The translations under genes and the position numbers were made by a program. Below the pieces are notes generated by a model. The model worked only from the letters and a program-made list of their open reading frames with translations, had not been told where the DNA came from and made no database searches. Positions 40,046 through 49,513 of a stretch of 64,000 bases of DNA are shown here, one piece after another (position 1 is the first letter of the stretch; each line of letters starts with the position of its first letter). Location: the NCBI GenBank assembly GCA_948524275.1, contig CAOSLI010000004.1, positions 16,106 to 80,105 on the forward strand, in the 5' to 3' direction. This DNA is from an uncultured Clostridia bacterium. Lineage in GTDB: Bacteria > Bacillota > Clostridia > TANB77 > CAG-508.

Positions 40046-41086
40046 TCATGTTTTAAGCTTTTCTATTTCTTCTATGCTTAATCTTGTAATCTTCATAATA
40101 TAGTCTATTGGTTGTTTGTCTTCTAATAATGCTTTTGCAATTTCAATTTTTGCTTCGTTTTGACCTTCCCTCATACCTTCTTGTAGTCCTTCTTTTATAC
40201 CTTCTTTTCTGCCTTCTTCTAACCCTTCTGCAAGTCCTTCTGCACGGCCTTCTGCATGACCTTCTGCATGACCTTCTGCCAATCCCTTTGCCTTTCCTTC
40301 GGCTAATCCCATCTCCATTCCAGTCTTTTTAGCATATCGCATCCCATTTTCATAATCCATTCTAGCAACTGCTAGATCAAAATGCAAATCCATTATTTCT
40401 TCATCTTGCATTATTTCATCTACCCTCGCTAATGCTTCTTTTACATTTCTATTCTTTTTCTCTGCCATTTCTATCTTTTCCCCCTTACCAGATATTAACC
40501 ACAGCCATTGATCCAATTTATCTTCTACTCCCGGATTCTTTTTTATAAACTTTGGCATTTCTATAAAATGCATTTCTATCATATCTGTTGCTATTTCTTC
40601 TTCGTCTTTATATCCCATATCTACATATCTATTCTTCCTTTTATTGAACATCATATTCGCTACTGAATGATAACTATTTATTTTGAAACAATTAAAGTTT
40701 AGTATCCATATTGCTATTGATGGCTTTAACTCTTTATACTTGTTTCCTTTGTTTATTTGCGTTGCTATATTTCTGCACATATAGAGTGGTCCTCGCTGCT
40801 TTATATCTCCTTTGTTTTCTACTTGCATTTCAATGTCAACAATCTGCTTTCCATCAATCTCAGCTCTTATATCTAATATACTTGCTTTTTCTTTTAGTCT
40901 TTCCTTTGGTATTTCACTATTTTTCACATCTACTTTAGTTATTCTTTTTTCTAATATTGCTTCCAGGAAATCTCTAAGCATTGGCTCTGTTCCTTCTTTT
41001 GTAAATGTTCTTTTAAATATGTAATCGTTTAATAATGGTGCTTCTATATTAAGCACACTTTTATCCATGTGTTCTGTTTCTTTCAA
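40046..41086 (-). CDS. Rpn-family PD-(D/E)XK recombination-promoting nuclease / putative transposase
   Basis: 346 aa with an N-terminal LNDYIFKRTF...LDIRAE...VDIEMQV nuclease core and a C-terminal GLAEG/EGxxEG repeat tract typical of this family. Confidence 0.65.
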   Translation of the reverse strand: MKETEHMDKSVLNIEAPLLNDYIFKRTFTKEGTEPMLRDFLEAILEKRITKVDVKNSEIPKERLKEKASILDIRAEIDGKQIVDIEMQVENKGDIKQRGPLYMCRNIATQINKGNKYKELKPSIAIWILNFNCFKINSYHSVANMMFNKRKNRYVDMGYKDEEEIATDMIEMHFIEMPKFIKKNPGVEDKLDQWLWLISGKGEKIEMAEKKNRNVKEALARVDEIMQDEEIMDLHFDLAVARMDYENGMRYAKKTGMEMGLAEGKAKGLAEGHAEGHAEGRAEGLAEGLEEGRKEGIKEGLQEGMREGQNEAKIEIAKALLEDKQPIDYIMKITRLSIEEIEKLKT

Positions 41087-41316
41087 TAATTGCTTTCCTC
41101 CTTATTTTACTATAAATACAATGAATTTTCAATAGATATAACGAAATTTCGTGATTTAAAATTTGAAAATAAATTTTTTGATTTAAAACATAAGATTATA
41201 ATCTTTGTATATATTACCATATAATTACAATTATATCAATACTTTTTATTAAATTAACCTATTTCTCATACAAAAAGAAGCTATACTTTTATTTTATAGC
41301 TTCTTATCTTTATTTG

Positions 41317-43680
41317 TTATTTATCTCCAAAATCGTCTCCCCAGTCTGCCAATGGATTGTCTGGTGTTCTTATTCTTTCAGAATCGTCTGCAACATCAGG
41401 TTTTTTACGTAATTTAATTAATTTAAATTTTAATGCATATATCTTATTGAATTTACTTTTAACTTCATCTAGTCCATGACTTATTCCTGTATAGGTTTTT
41501 GATGTTTTCTTTATTCCAGTTAAATTATCGTATTGTTCCTGCTCATAAGCAATCTGCTCTTTTATTACTGCCTCAGCCGCTTCTGATGTAATTTCCTTTC
41601 CATTTGGATTGTAATCATATAATGTAATAAATTTATTTTCCATCTTATCTAGGTAAGCTTCTTTTTCTTCTCTTGCAATCCTGCACATATGTACTTCTCT
41701 GTCTCTTCCATTTCTTCTCTTTACAAATACATTATCTGTTAATCCAAAGAATTCTGATACATATTTTGATGATAAATTTGCTCTATGCAATGTAGAACAT
41801 AAGAATACATCGTCTTGTTCTTGTTCATCAAAGTGCCTACTTAAGTATTTTTTAAGTCCTTCATATACTAATATTCTTGCTATTCCAAAATGTCTATTAT
41901 CTGGATCAGTTATATATGTATCGATTTCAATTGAGTTGCTTGTGTTTGCTGTATAATATTTTCTTTGATCTGCTAAAGTTTTATCATGTATAATTAATTG
42001 TTCATGTCTTAATAACTCTTCATACTCTCTTATTTCAGGATCTTTTAGCATATCCATATCTATAGTTCTGTGAAATTCTTCTGAAATATCTTCTGCAGTA
42101 GTCCAATAGAATTGGTCATATAATTTTGTTGGCTCTACTGCTAATGAATCATCTGGCTTGATATTTCCTATAAATTCTGACATATATCTATTTAGTTTTT
42201 CTCTTAACACACTTTTCTCGTCAAATCCATTTTCACTATTTAACTCTGATTGTAAAAATTCTAGCATTGTGCTATGTTCAGGGTGTTCTTGTAAGATCCT
42301 TTGCTTAGCAGATTTATATGCTTGCATCTTATACTCATATGCCTTAAGCATAGCTGATTTATATTCACCTTCTGATGAATATTGTTCTCTTACATATCTT
42401 TTATAGTCGTCTCCACATTTATAATATTTAGTAATATCATTATAAGTATATGGTTTTTGACCTTCTGTCATATACATTGCTGAAATTACATTATTGTTAT
42501 CATCTAATGCGATATACACACTATTTTCTTCTGATTCAATATATTCTGAAATATCTTCCTTTCCTGTTGTAAATAGTTGTCCAACTTTTCCCTGCTTTTC
42601 CATTGCCTCTAATACTTTTACTTCTAAGTCTGCTACTTGGTCTACATACTCATCTTTATTTTCTTTTGTTAATTCAAGAATTTTAAATCCCATTTTTGAA
42701 TTTCCTCCTTTTTTTATTTGATTTGTATGCTTTAGTGCATTTTGTATGGTATTTTCCATTACACTTGCACTTCTTTTAATGTTTACTGTTTGACCTTTAT
42801 TATCAATAAATGATAATTCTTCTAATTTTTCTATAACCTTACTGGTATCTTTATTCTCTACTTCAAAAACTCTATATAATTGTGGTTCATTTGTCAAAAG
42901 TTCATTTATATTAAATTTACAAAATCTATTTTTTGAAAGGAAGTCTCCAATATACTCTTTTAGCCTACTTAAAGTTAAATCAGAATTGCATACTTTAATA
43001 TAGCATATTCTGCTCATTTTTCCACTAATATTACTTGGATGTGGAAATAGTTGTTCTACTGAATACCCAATTTCAATTTGCTCTTCATTGTCTTCTCCAT
43101 ATTTTAATTTATTTATACAATCTCCATCTTCCATTATAATTTGTGTTCTATCTAATGAAATTGGACTAATTATATCTTTACAAAAAGACATTTCTCCATC
43201 TTTATTTTTATAGCCTTCTTTATCATATAATTTATATGCGGCGTCAGTACCTTCAACTGTTAATAATAATCCTTCTTGCATTTCACCGCTTCTCTCTGCA
43301 ATACCTTCTAGTAATTTATCATTAACTTTTGTAGCTAAACCTTTTCCTCTATATTGTGGATTTGTCCATACTCCACACAAATATGGCAATTTCTTTTCTT
43401 TGCCATAAGAAAGCAAATTAAAGAATGCTAGTGAAATCAATTCATTCTCATTAAATGCTCCAGCTCCAATAACTGAACTTTCTTCTAAAAGTTGTTCTAC
43501 TTTCTTGGCATATTGTTTTAGATATTCTTCTGTTGCACCATTTCCATTTTCTTGTTCTTGATATTTTCTTGCTATTACTATTTGCTCAATATCTTCTTTT
43601 ACAAGTGGTCTTATTTGTATGATTTCATGATTGTCATTATCATTATTAACAATTGGATAATTTATAAGATCTGAAAACAC
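41317..43680 (-). CDS. Large (787 aa) protein with N-terminal GNAT acetyltransferase domain and a second split GNAT-like domain
   Basis: Residues ~20-165 carry LCGVWTNPQYRGKGLATKV (GNAT motif A). A second R..GIARILVYEGLKKYL motif lies near residue 600. The remainder is unrecognised. Confidence 0.55.
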   Translation of the reverse strand: MFSDLINYPIVNNDNDNHEIIQIRPLVKEDIEQIVIARKYQEQENGNGATEEYLKQYAKKVEQLLEESSVIGAGAFNENELISLAFFNLLSYGKEKKLPYLCGVWTNPQYRGKGLATKVNDKLLEGIAERSGEMQEGLLLTVEGTDAAYKLYDKEGYKNKDGEMSFCKDIISPISLDRTQIIMEDGDCINKLKYGEDNEEQIEIGYSVEQLFPHPSNISGKMSRICYIKVCNSDLTLSRLKEYIGDFLSKNRFCKFNINELLTNEPQLYRVFEVENKDTSKVIEKLEELSFIDNKGQTVNIKRSASVMENTIQNALKHTNQIKKGGNSKMGFKILELTKENKDEYVDQVADLEVKVLEAMEKQGKVGQLFTTGKEDISEYIESEENSVYIALDDNNNVISAMYMTEGQKPYTYNDITKYYKCGDDYKRYVREQYSSEGEYKSAMLKAYEYKMQAYKSAKQRILQEHPEHSTMLEFLQSELNSENGFDEKSVLREKLNRYMSEFIGNIKPDDSLAVEPTKLYDQFYWTTAEDISEEFHRTIDMDMLKDPEIREYEELLRHEQLIIHDKTLADQRKYYTANTSNSIEIDTYITDPDNRHFGIARILVYEGLKKYLSRHFDEQEQDDVFLCSTLHRANLSSKYVSEFFGLTDNVFVKRRNGRDREVHMCRIAREEKEAYLDKMENKFITLYDYNPNGKEITSEAAEAVIKEQIAYEQEQYDNLTGIKKTSKTYTGISHGLDEVKSKFNKIYALKFKLIKLRKKPDVADDSERIRTPDNPLADWGDDFGDK

Positions 43681-43785
43681 TACAATCTCTCCTTTTCTCT
43701 TAATAATCTATTATTTATTATACTACTTTTTCGTTTAGAAGTCAATTATTGGCATAGTATTACCTAAAAATATCACTAATTTTAT

Positions 43786-43811
43786 ATATAAAAAGAAGCC
43801 TCTTTCGAGGC
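43786..43811 (-). terminator. Terminator of island d2 gene
   Basis: The minus strand reads GCCTC-GAAA-GAGGC followed by TTCTTTTTATAT. Confidence 0.6.
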
Positions 43812-43839
43812 AAAGAAAGTATTTTCTTTTTTGAGGAAA

Positions 43840-44121
43840 TTACAGTAAGTTAACTGCGGACATTATGATGCATCCACATGAACATGTTATGCATATTATA
43901 GAGCATATCCAAGTTTCCTCTCTTGAAATGAGTTCTATAATCAACTTAATTGAAAATGCTATTCCCGCTATAATAGCCAATCTCATTATCAATAAGTCAT
44001 GATTGATTGCTGTCATTGCTCCTACACCTATCAATGCAAAGCAGCACAATGTTGCCAAGATTCCTATGATAGTCAAAAGGACATCAATGATGTCCCGTAT
44101 GATGTTTTTGTTTTTGCTCAT
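43840..44121 (-). CDS. Small hydrophobic membrane protein, 93 aa (GC-richer island d2)
   Basis: About three predicted TM stretches (LLTIIGILATLCCFALIGVGAMTAI, AIIAGIAFSIKLIIELI, ICSIICITCSCGCIIMSAV). SD AGGAGGA at 44128-44134. In-frame CGG is present. Confidence 0.6.
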   Translation of the reverse strand: MSKNKNIIRDIIDVLLTIIGILATLCCFALIGVGAMTAINHDLLIMRLAIIAGIAFSIKLIIELISREETWICSIICITCSCGCIIMSAVNLL

Positions 44122-44206
44122 AATGCATCCTCCTCGTAATTACTCGGAGGTGTTACCCTCCGAGTTTCATAAAATGATTCCCTTTGGGTAAATAAAGGTT
44201 ACTATT
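44122..44206 (-). promoter_or_regulatory. Conserved structured 5' leader, copy 2
   Basis: Its reverse complement aligns with 18684-18755. It has the same TTCAT/ATGAA hairpin, the same CTCGGAGG/CCTCCGAG hairpin (44143-44164), and the same TTACCC...GGGTAA complementarity. Confidence 0.6.
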
Positions 44207-44235
44207 ATTGTACCATATTTCTGCCGAAATATCAA
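44207..44235 (-). promoter_or_regulatory. Sigma-A type promoter with extended -10, island d2
   Basis: The minus strand reads TTGATA (44235-44230), 17-nt spacer, TGgTACAAT (-10 at 44212-44207). Confidence 0.55.
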
Positions 44236-44315
44236 ATTTATGTAAAGCATATTTTTGTAAAAAATGAAAGTAGGAAAACTATTATAGTCTAATAGAAATT
44301 TCAATAAAATAGTAT

Positions 44316-44345
44316 AAATCTCCCTTCCAAAAGAAAGGGAGATTT
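44316..44345 (-). terminator. Terminator of island d1 gene
   Basis: AAATCTCCCTTCC / GAAAGGGAGATTT hairpin (12 of 13 paired) directly after the stop. The T tract is weak. Confidence 0.5.
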
Positions 44346-44350
44346 ACAGA

Positions 44351-44665
44351 TTAGGCCGTTTTAGCCACAGCGGTTATGATTTCATCGTCGGTAGCAATAC
44401 CGGGATTCCATCCCATCAATTTCATTGCGGCTGCAAGCCTGTCCTCGAAGAAAACCCAGTGGCTTTTTCCATGTTCAAACAGGCATGTTGTGCCTGCAAG
44501 CATCTCTGCTTTGAAGAAACGATAGCCGATGCATCCGTTTTTATCGTAAAACTGGTGTTTTGTAGGATCAGGCTCGTCCGTTTCCTCGATTACTGTCCAG
44601 TGATGATCATACCGTGGACAAATGTGCATAGTTTCAACAAAGAGTTTTACATTCTTTTCCTGCAT
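44351..44665 (-). CDS. Hypothetical protein, 104 aa (GC-richer island d1)
   Basis: The ATG at 44665 is preceded by AGGAGGA (44671-44677), so I prefer it to the track start at 44728. No family recognised. In-frame CGG (CCA CGG TAT). Confidence 0.55.
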   Translation of the reverse strand: MQEKNVKLFVETMHICPRYDHHWTVIEETDEPDPTKHQFYDKNGCIGYRFFKAEMLAGTTCLFEHGKSHWVFFEDRLAAAMKLMGWNPGIATDDEIITAVAKTA

Positions 44666-44765
44666 AGTAGTCCTCCTAATCTTGAACTTGCCATCAAAAT
44701 TCCAATGACAATTGTCCAAGTGATACATTTATTTAATTCGCTGTATCTACGAATAATATATTAAT

Positions 44766-44797
44766 ATTATAACAAACTTTACATAAAATGTAAAGTT
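44766..44797 (-). promoter_or_regulatory. Sigma-A type promoter of island d1 overlapped by a 10-bp-arm palindrome
   Basis: The minus strand reads TTTACA (44794-44789), 17-nt spacer, TATAAT (44771-44766). The palindrome AACTTTACAT-AAA-ATGTAAAGTT spans 44775-44797. Confidence 0.5.
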
Positions 44798-44933
44798 TTT
44801 TTACAAAAGGGTTGAAATTGCATAAGTGTAGTATTAAAATATAAGTAATTTATATAAATAAGATTATGCAGTAGTACATAAAATTTAATGTCATTATTGA
44901 CTAAATAATCTATATTTTACAAAGGAGAAAAAT

Positions 44934-46160
44934 ATGGTAAATGAATTTGAACTTTTAAAAAAATATGGTAGTCCTTTATATGTACTACATGAGGATATTT
45001 TAAATCGCCAATGTGAAAAAATGAAGGCTTTTGAAAATGAACTACTAACTTCACTTCCTAGTGAAATCAAGATTTCAATGCATTATGCTATAAAATCTAA
45101 TAACAATCCTGCAGTTTTAAATGCTATAAAAGAATATAATTTAAAGGTAGATAGTATGTCTCCAGCTGAACTTTTTATTAATGAAAGATGTGGCTTTAAA
45201 TCAGAAGATATTCTTTATGTATGTAATAATATTGATGCACAAGAAATGCAAATTGTTCATAATCGTGGAATTTTAATTTGTCTTGATTCAATTTCTCAAG
45301 TTGACACTTGGGGAAAAATGTTTCCTGGAACAAATATTATGGTTCGTATCAATCCTGGTGTAGTTGGCATTGGTCATAGCGAAAAAGTTATAACTTCTGG
45401 CAACAATACTAAATTTGGTATATGTGAAGAAAATTTAGAAGAGCTATTTGATGTATGTAAGAGTCATAATCTTAAGATTATAGGAACTCATCAGCATCTT
45501 GGAAGTTTATTCTTAGATGACAAGATTGATAATTATATTGCTGGTGTACAAGCTGGTCTTGATATTGTTAAAAAATACTTTAAAGATTTAGAAATTGTGG
45601 ATTTAGGTGGTGGATTTGGAGTTCCATATAAGCCTGACGAACATGATTTATCTTTATCTGTAGTTGCAGATAAACTTAAGCCTGTACTTAATAGTTTTAT
45701 TAAAGATTATCCTTCAGTAAAGGAATTTAAATTTGAACCTGGTCGTTATATTCCATGCGAAGCTGAGACTCTTATTGGAACTGTAACTGCAGTTAAACAT
45801 GAATATGATACTTATTGGATTGGAACTGATATCGGGATGAATCAGTTGGTTCGTCCATCAATGTATGATTCTTATCATGAGATCAAACTTCCACATAGCA
45901 ATGGTGAATCTATTACTGCAAATTTCTGTGGAAATATATGTGAGAGTGGAGATGTTCTTGGTAGAAATAGACTCGTAAATCTACCAAACGTAGGTGATCC
46001 TGTAATTGTTTATAATGCAGGGGCATATGGGTATTCTATGGCATCAAATTATACAGGTCGTGAAAGACCTGCTGAAATTATGATAACTACATCTGGTGAA
46101 GATAAGCTTATTAGAAAAAGAGAATCTATTAAAGATTTAACTTGTAATATTATATGGTAA
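44934..46160 (+). CDS. lysA: Diaminopimelate decarboxylase
   Basis: 408 aa group IV PLP decarboxylase with YAIKSN, GGGFGVPY, EPGRY and CESGD. Confidence 0.8.
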   Translation: MVNEFELLKKYGSPLYVLHEDILNRQCEKMKAFENELLTSLPSEIKISMHYAIKSNNNPAVLNAIKEYNLKVDSMSPAELFINERCGFKSEDILYVCNNIDAQEMQIVHNRGILICLDSISQVDTWGKMFPGTNIMVRINPGVVGIGHSEKVITSGNNTKFGICEENLEELFDVCKSHNLKIIGTHQHLGSLFLDDKIDNYIAGVQAGLDIVKKYFKDLEIVDLGGGFGVPYKPDEHDLSLSVVADKLKPVLNSFIKDYPSVKEFKFEPGRYIPCEAETLIGTVTAVKHEYDTYWIGTDIGMNQLVRPSMYDSYHEIKLPHSNGESITANFCGNICESGDVLGRNRLVNLPNVGDPVIVYNAGAYGYSMASNYTGRERPAEIMITTSGEDKLIRKRESIKDLTCNIIW

Positions 46161-46246
46161 AAACGAAAAATCATTGAATTTGCACACACATTTTCAATGA
46201 TTTTTATTGTTATTATTTATGATAATAGACTTTTTACAAATATTTT

Positions 46247-47191
46247 TTATACTTTAATTTTTAGTTTCTTGATTATTTTAATTTCTTTGTACAAGTCATC
46301 AATCCTTTTCTTTCTTATTACTAATGCATCATTATACTCATTTAATACAGTGTGGTAGTTTTCAATTGATTCACCTTGTTTTAATAGAAGCTTTATACCT
46401 GATGCATAATAATCTTGCTTGTCTGGCTTTTTAGTAGAATTCATTTTCTTTTCATATTTTTCAATATTTTTTAGTCTTCTAATTTCAGATTCTATATAAC
46501 TAACATAATTACATATGCAACTAATTTCATATAATATGTCATTAATAACCACCTTAAATAGAGCCTTTAATGGTTTTGGACTAATTTTTCCAACTCTTTC
46601 ATTTTGCGCCAAATTATCTAAAGCTACAATATTTTGTGATGGCTGTGCATCTTTTATTAAATCTTTTAAAGTTGCTGATATGTTAACGTGAGTTGTATAA
46701 TTTCTTTTAGTTACTAATGCATCATATTCATCAGCTACTCTAATAATCTGTGCAGAATATGGTATATCATTCTTCCTAAGACCTCTTGGGTAGCCTGTAC
46801 CGTTTAGAGATTCATGATGATACCAAGGTCCATCAGAATAAGCTCTTAAATTTATATCTTTCAGGCAAAGCTCATATCCTAGCGTTGTATGCGTTTTCAT
46901 TATTTCATATTCTTCTGGAGTTAACATCCCATCTTTGCATAAAATTTCTTCTGGAATAAAGCATTTCCCTATATCATGTAAATATCCAGCTATCATACAA
47001 TGAATCGTAAATTGGTTGTTACAACGCATTTGCTGACATATACGTGCTGATAGATTAGCAACATTTGAACAGTGTACTTGCGTTAAAAAATCTAGTTTTC
47101 CCATAATAGAAAGGCTATCTTTCATATTTTGATCTAAATCATGTATATTAAAATTACTTGGACTGTAAAAGTCGTATTTTTCCTCAAACAT
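46247..47191 (-). CDS. HD-GYP domain phosphodiesterase-like protein
   Basis: 314 aa with GYLHDIGK, HHESLNGTGYP and ADEYDALV. Confidence 0.8.
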   Translation of the reverse strand: MFEEKYDFYSPSNFNIHDLDQNMKDSLSIMGKLDFLTQVHCSNVANLSARICQQMRCNNQFTIHCMIAGYLHDIGKCFIPEEILCKDGMLTPEEYEIMKTHTTLGYELCLKDINLRAYSDGPWYHHESLNGTGYPRGLRKNDIPYSAQIIRVADEYDALVTKRNYTTHVNISATLKDLIKDAQPSQNIVALDNLAQNERVGKISPKPLKALFKVVINDILYEISCICNYVSYIESEIRRLKNIEKYEKKMNSTKKPDKQDYYASGIKLLLKQGESIENYHTVLNEYNDALVIRKKRIDDLYKEIKIIKKLKIKV

Positions 47192-47313
47192 AAAACCTCC
47201 ATTAGATACTTTGGTAAAAGCATCTTGTTTTATAACTTATCTTTTGTCTACTATTTAAAATATAACATAACTTTATAAAATATACAATATCCTATAATAA
47301 AAAGTATAGGCCT

Positions 47314-47661
47314 CTATTCAAGACCTATACTTACACCTAATGCATTATTTATCTGATTTATTATTCCTTTATCTTCTATATGACCAATTTTTTCTTTTAG
47401 TCTACTTTTGTCTATTGTTCTAACTTGTTCTGCTAAAATTACTGAATCAGTTTTTAGTCCTACATTTTGAGATCCTATTGGTATATGCGTTGGTAGTTTT
47501 GTTTTTCCAAGTTGTGATGTAATTGCTGCAGCAATTACTGTTGGACTGTACTTGTTTCCTAAGTCATTTTGTATAATTACAACTGGCCTTATTCCACCTT
47601 GTTCAGATCCAATAACTGGGCTTAAATCTGCATAAAACATATCTCCTCTTTTAATTGTCAT
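47314..47661 (-). CDS. mazF: MazF/EndoA-type endoribonuclease toxin
   Basis: [33 protein letters not shown] is nearly the canonical EndoA N-terminus. I chose the ATG at 47661 (GGAG upstream) over the track start at 47676. Confidence 0.88.
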   Translation of the reverse strand: MTIKRGDMFYADLSPVIGSEQGGIRPVVIIQNDLGNKYSPTVIAAAITSQLGKTKLPTHIPIGSQNVGLKTDSVILAEQVRTIDKSRLKEKIGHIEDKGIINQINNALGVSIGLE

Positions 47662-47700
47662 TATTTTTTTCTCCATTTTTAAAATTAGAGATGATATATC

Positions 47701-48312
47701 TTAAATATTTATTTCAATCTCATTATATAATATGTAAACTTTTGTATTATTGTTCGCATCTATTATTTCTAATTTATCAGGTTTTAAATTACTTTTATTT
47801 ATATAGAGCCTTTGAGCCATATTATAATTACTTTTTTCATTTTTTACATCCATTATTATTTTTCCATCTAGTTCCTTTATTTGCTTATTAGACACTTTGT
47901 CATAGATACTTATAAATTCTGTTAAAAACAAGCTGTTCTCTGATATCTTTGGGTATCCTGTGTATATTTTATTTAAATTTAGCTTAGTGTTTTTTATCTC
48001 TAGATTTCCATCTGAATATGTCATCTGCAACCCCGCTAATTCATTTGGCTCTTGTACTTCTTGCTTTTCATAGTTCTCATTTACTTCTTGAGTTATTATA
48101 TAATTATTCTCGTTTTTATTGCTTTTGACCTGTACATTTATTTTTGCTTTATAGCTTTTAATATTTAAAATATATTGTTCAATCTCTTGTATGCTTTTAT
48201 TATTTCCACTTTGTTTATTTTTATAAGGTTTATTTGTAAAAATTTTCGTAACTATTACAGATATTAAAATTAATATTAAAATTATAATTATCCATACTTT
48301 CCACTTTTTCAT
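47701..48312 (-). CDS. Exported protein, possibly LolA-fold (GerS-like)
   Basis: 203 aa with an N-terminal TM/signal segment. The family call is tentative and rests on composition and on the gerS-alr-mazE-mazF neighbourhood I recall from C. difficile. Confidence 0.35.
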   Translation of the reverse strand: MKKWKVWIIIILILILISVIVTKIFTNKPYKNKQSGNNKSIQEIEQYILNIKSYKAKINVQVKSNKNENNYIITQEVNENYEKQEVQEPNELAGLQMTYSDGNLEIKNTKLNLNKIYTGYPKISENSLFLTEFISIYDKVSNKQIKELDGKIIMDVKNEKSNYNMAQRLYINKSNLKPDKLEIIDANNNTKVYILYNEIEINI

Positions 48313-48383
48313 TTTAAATCAATTCCTTTCTTACTTTTTCTTCTTATAGCTAAAAAATAAATAACATATTTCTATGTTATTTA

Positions 48384-49358
48384 TTACATTATATTATTTA
48401 GTTTTGAAAAGTATGCTTTTAAAGTATTTTGAACTTCTTCTATTGTGTCTAAATGATTTATTTCATTTCTTACATCAGAGGCATTAGGAAGATTTTTCAA
48501 ATAATAGCAGATATGTTTTCTCATCTCTCTAATTCCAATAAATTCTCCTTTATCTTCAACTTCTAGATTAATATGTTTTAGTATAGTTTGCAGTATTTCA
48601 TCTTTTGAAATCACCCTTTGAGGTTTACATTGTAAAAAATTATTTACCTTTTCAAATATCCATGGATTTCCTAAGGCTGCCCTTGATATCATTATACCAT
48701 CACATCCTGTTTGTTTTAGCATTCTTTTTGCATCTTTCTCATTTTTGATATCTCCATTTCCTATCACAGGAATGTTTACAGCTTCTTTAACTTCTTTGAT
48801 AGCATTCCAGTCAGCTGCTCCAGAATAATATTCAGTTCTTGTTCTTCCATGCACAGCTATGGCTGATGCTCCTGCTTTTTCTATTTGCTTAGCAGCATCT
48901 ACTGCAACTATATGTTCACTATCCCATCCTTTTCTAATTTTTACAGTAACTGGCTTATTAGAATTATCTACAACGGCTTTAGTTATCTGATAGACTTTTT
49001 CTAAATCTAGTAGTAGTTTGCTTCCATCACCATTCTTTACAACTTTAGGTGCAGGACATCCCATATTTATATCAATAATATCTCCAATATTATTGTCACA
49101 TAAATATTTTGCAGTATAACTCATAGACTCTATATCACTTCCAAATATTTGAACTGCTATTTTTCCATTTTCTCCAGTGGTGTTTAATAACAGCTTAGTT
49201 TTACTATCATCATAAAATAATGCTTTAGCGCTTACCATTTCTGTTACAGTAAGTCCAGGTCCATATTCTTCACATATGATTCTAAAAGCTCTATCTGTAA
49301 GTCCTGCCATTGGTCCTAAAATTACGTTATTATTAAGTTCTACATTTCCTATCTTCAT
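48384..49358 (-). CDS. dusB: tRNA-dihydrouridine synthase
   Basis: MKIGNVELNNNVILGPMAGLTDRAFR..., NMGCPAPKV, VHGRTR. I chose the ATG at 49358 (after GAAGGA) over the track TTG at 49376. Confidence 0.9.
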   Translation of the reverse strand: MKIGNVELNNNVILGPMAGLTDRAFRIICEEYGPGLTVTEMVSAKALFYDDSKTKLLLNTTGENGKIAVQIFGSDIESMSYTAKYLCDNNIGDIIDINMGCPAPKVVKNGDGSKLLLDLEKVYQITKAVVDNSNKPVTVKIRKGWDSEHIVAVDAAKQIEKAGASAIAVHGRTRTEYYSGAADWNAIKEVKEAVNIPVIGNGDIKNEKDAKRMLKQTGCDGIMISRAALGNPWIFEKVNNFLQCKPQRVISKDEILQTILKHINLEVEDKGEFIGIREMRKHICYYLKNLPNASDVRNEINHLDTIEEVQNTLKAYFSKLNNIM

Positions 49359-49372
49359 TTTATTCCTTCTTT

Positions 49373-49507
49373 TCAACCAATGGGGACGTGTACCTTTGGT
49401 TGATTTTATGTAAATTGTTACTTTTATTCAATCAGTTTTTTAATTTTTTAGTTTACTTTGCGAGGCCTGTCCCCTTGGTCGACCAAAAAGCCCGTCCCCT
49501 TGGTTGA
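49373..49507. repeat. GC-rich inverted-repeat element (MITE/REP-like), ~135 bp with four core copies
   Basis: TCAACCAATGGGGAC (49373-49387, inverted), GTACCTTTGGTTGA (49390-49403), GTCCCCTTGGTCGA (49469-49482) and GTCCCCTTGGTTGA (49494-49507). The terminal copies are inverted with respect to each other. The interior is AT-rich. Confidence 0.7.
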
Positions 49508-49513
49508 AGTTAA

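Noticed and set aside
40108-40332. Periodic GC-rich repeats (GLAEG-coding) as a possible CRISPR or tandem-repeat locus
   Set aside because: The repeats are in-frame 15-nt units inside the Rpn-family ORF. There are no spacers and no cas genes, so this is a protein-level repeat.
44798-44933. Lysine (L-box) riboswitch upstream of lysA
   Set aside because: The leader is only about 130 nt, very AT-rich, and lacks the conserved L-box helices and motifs.
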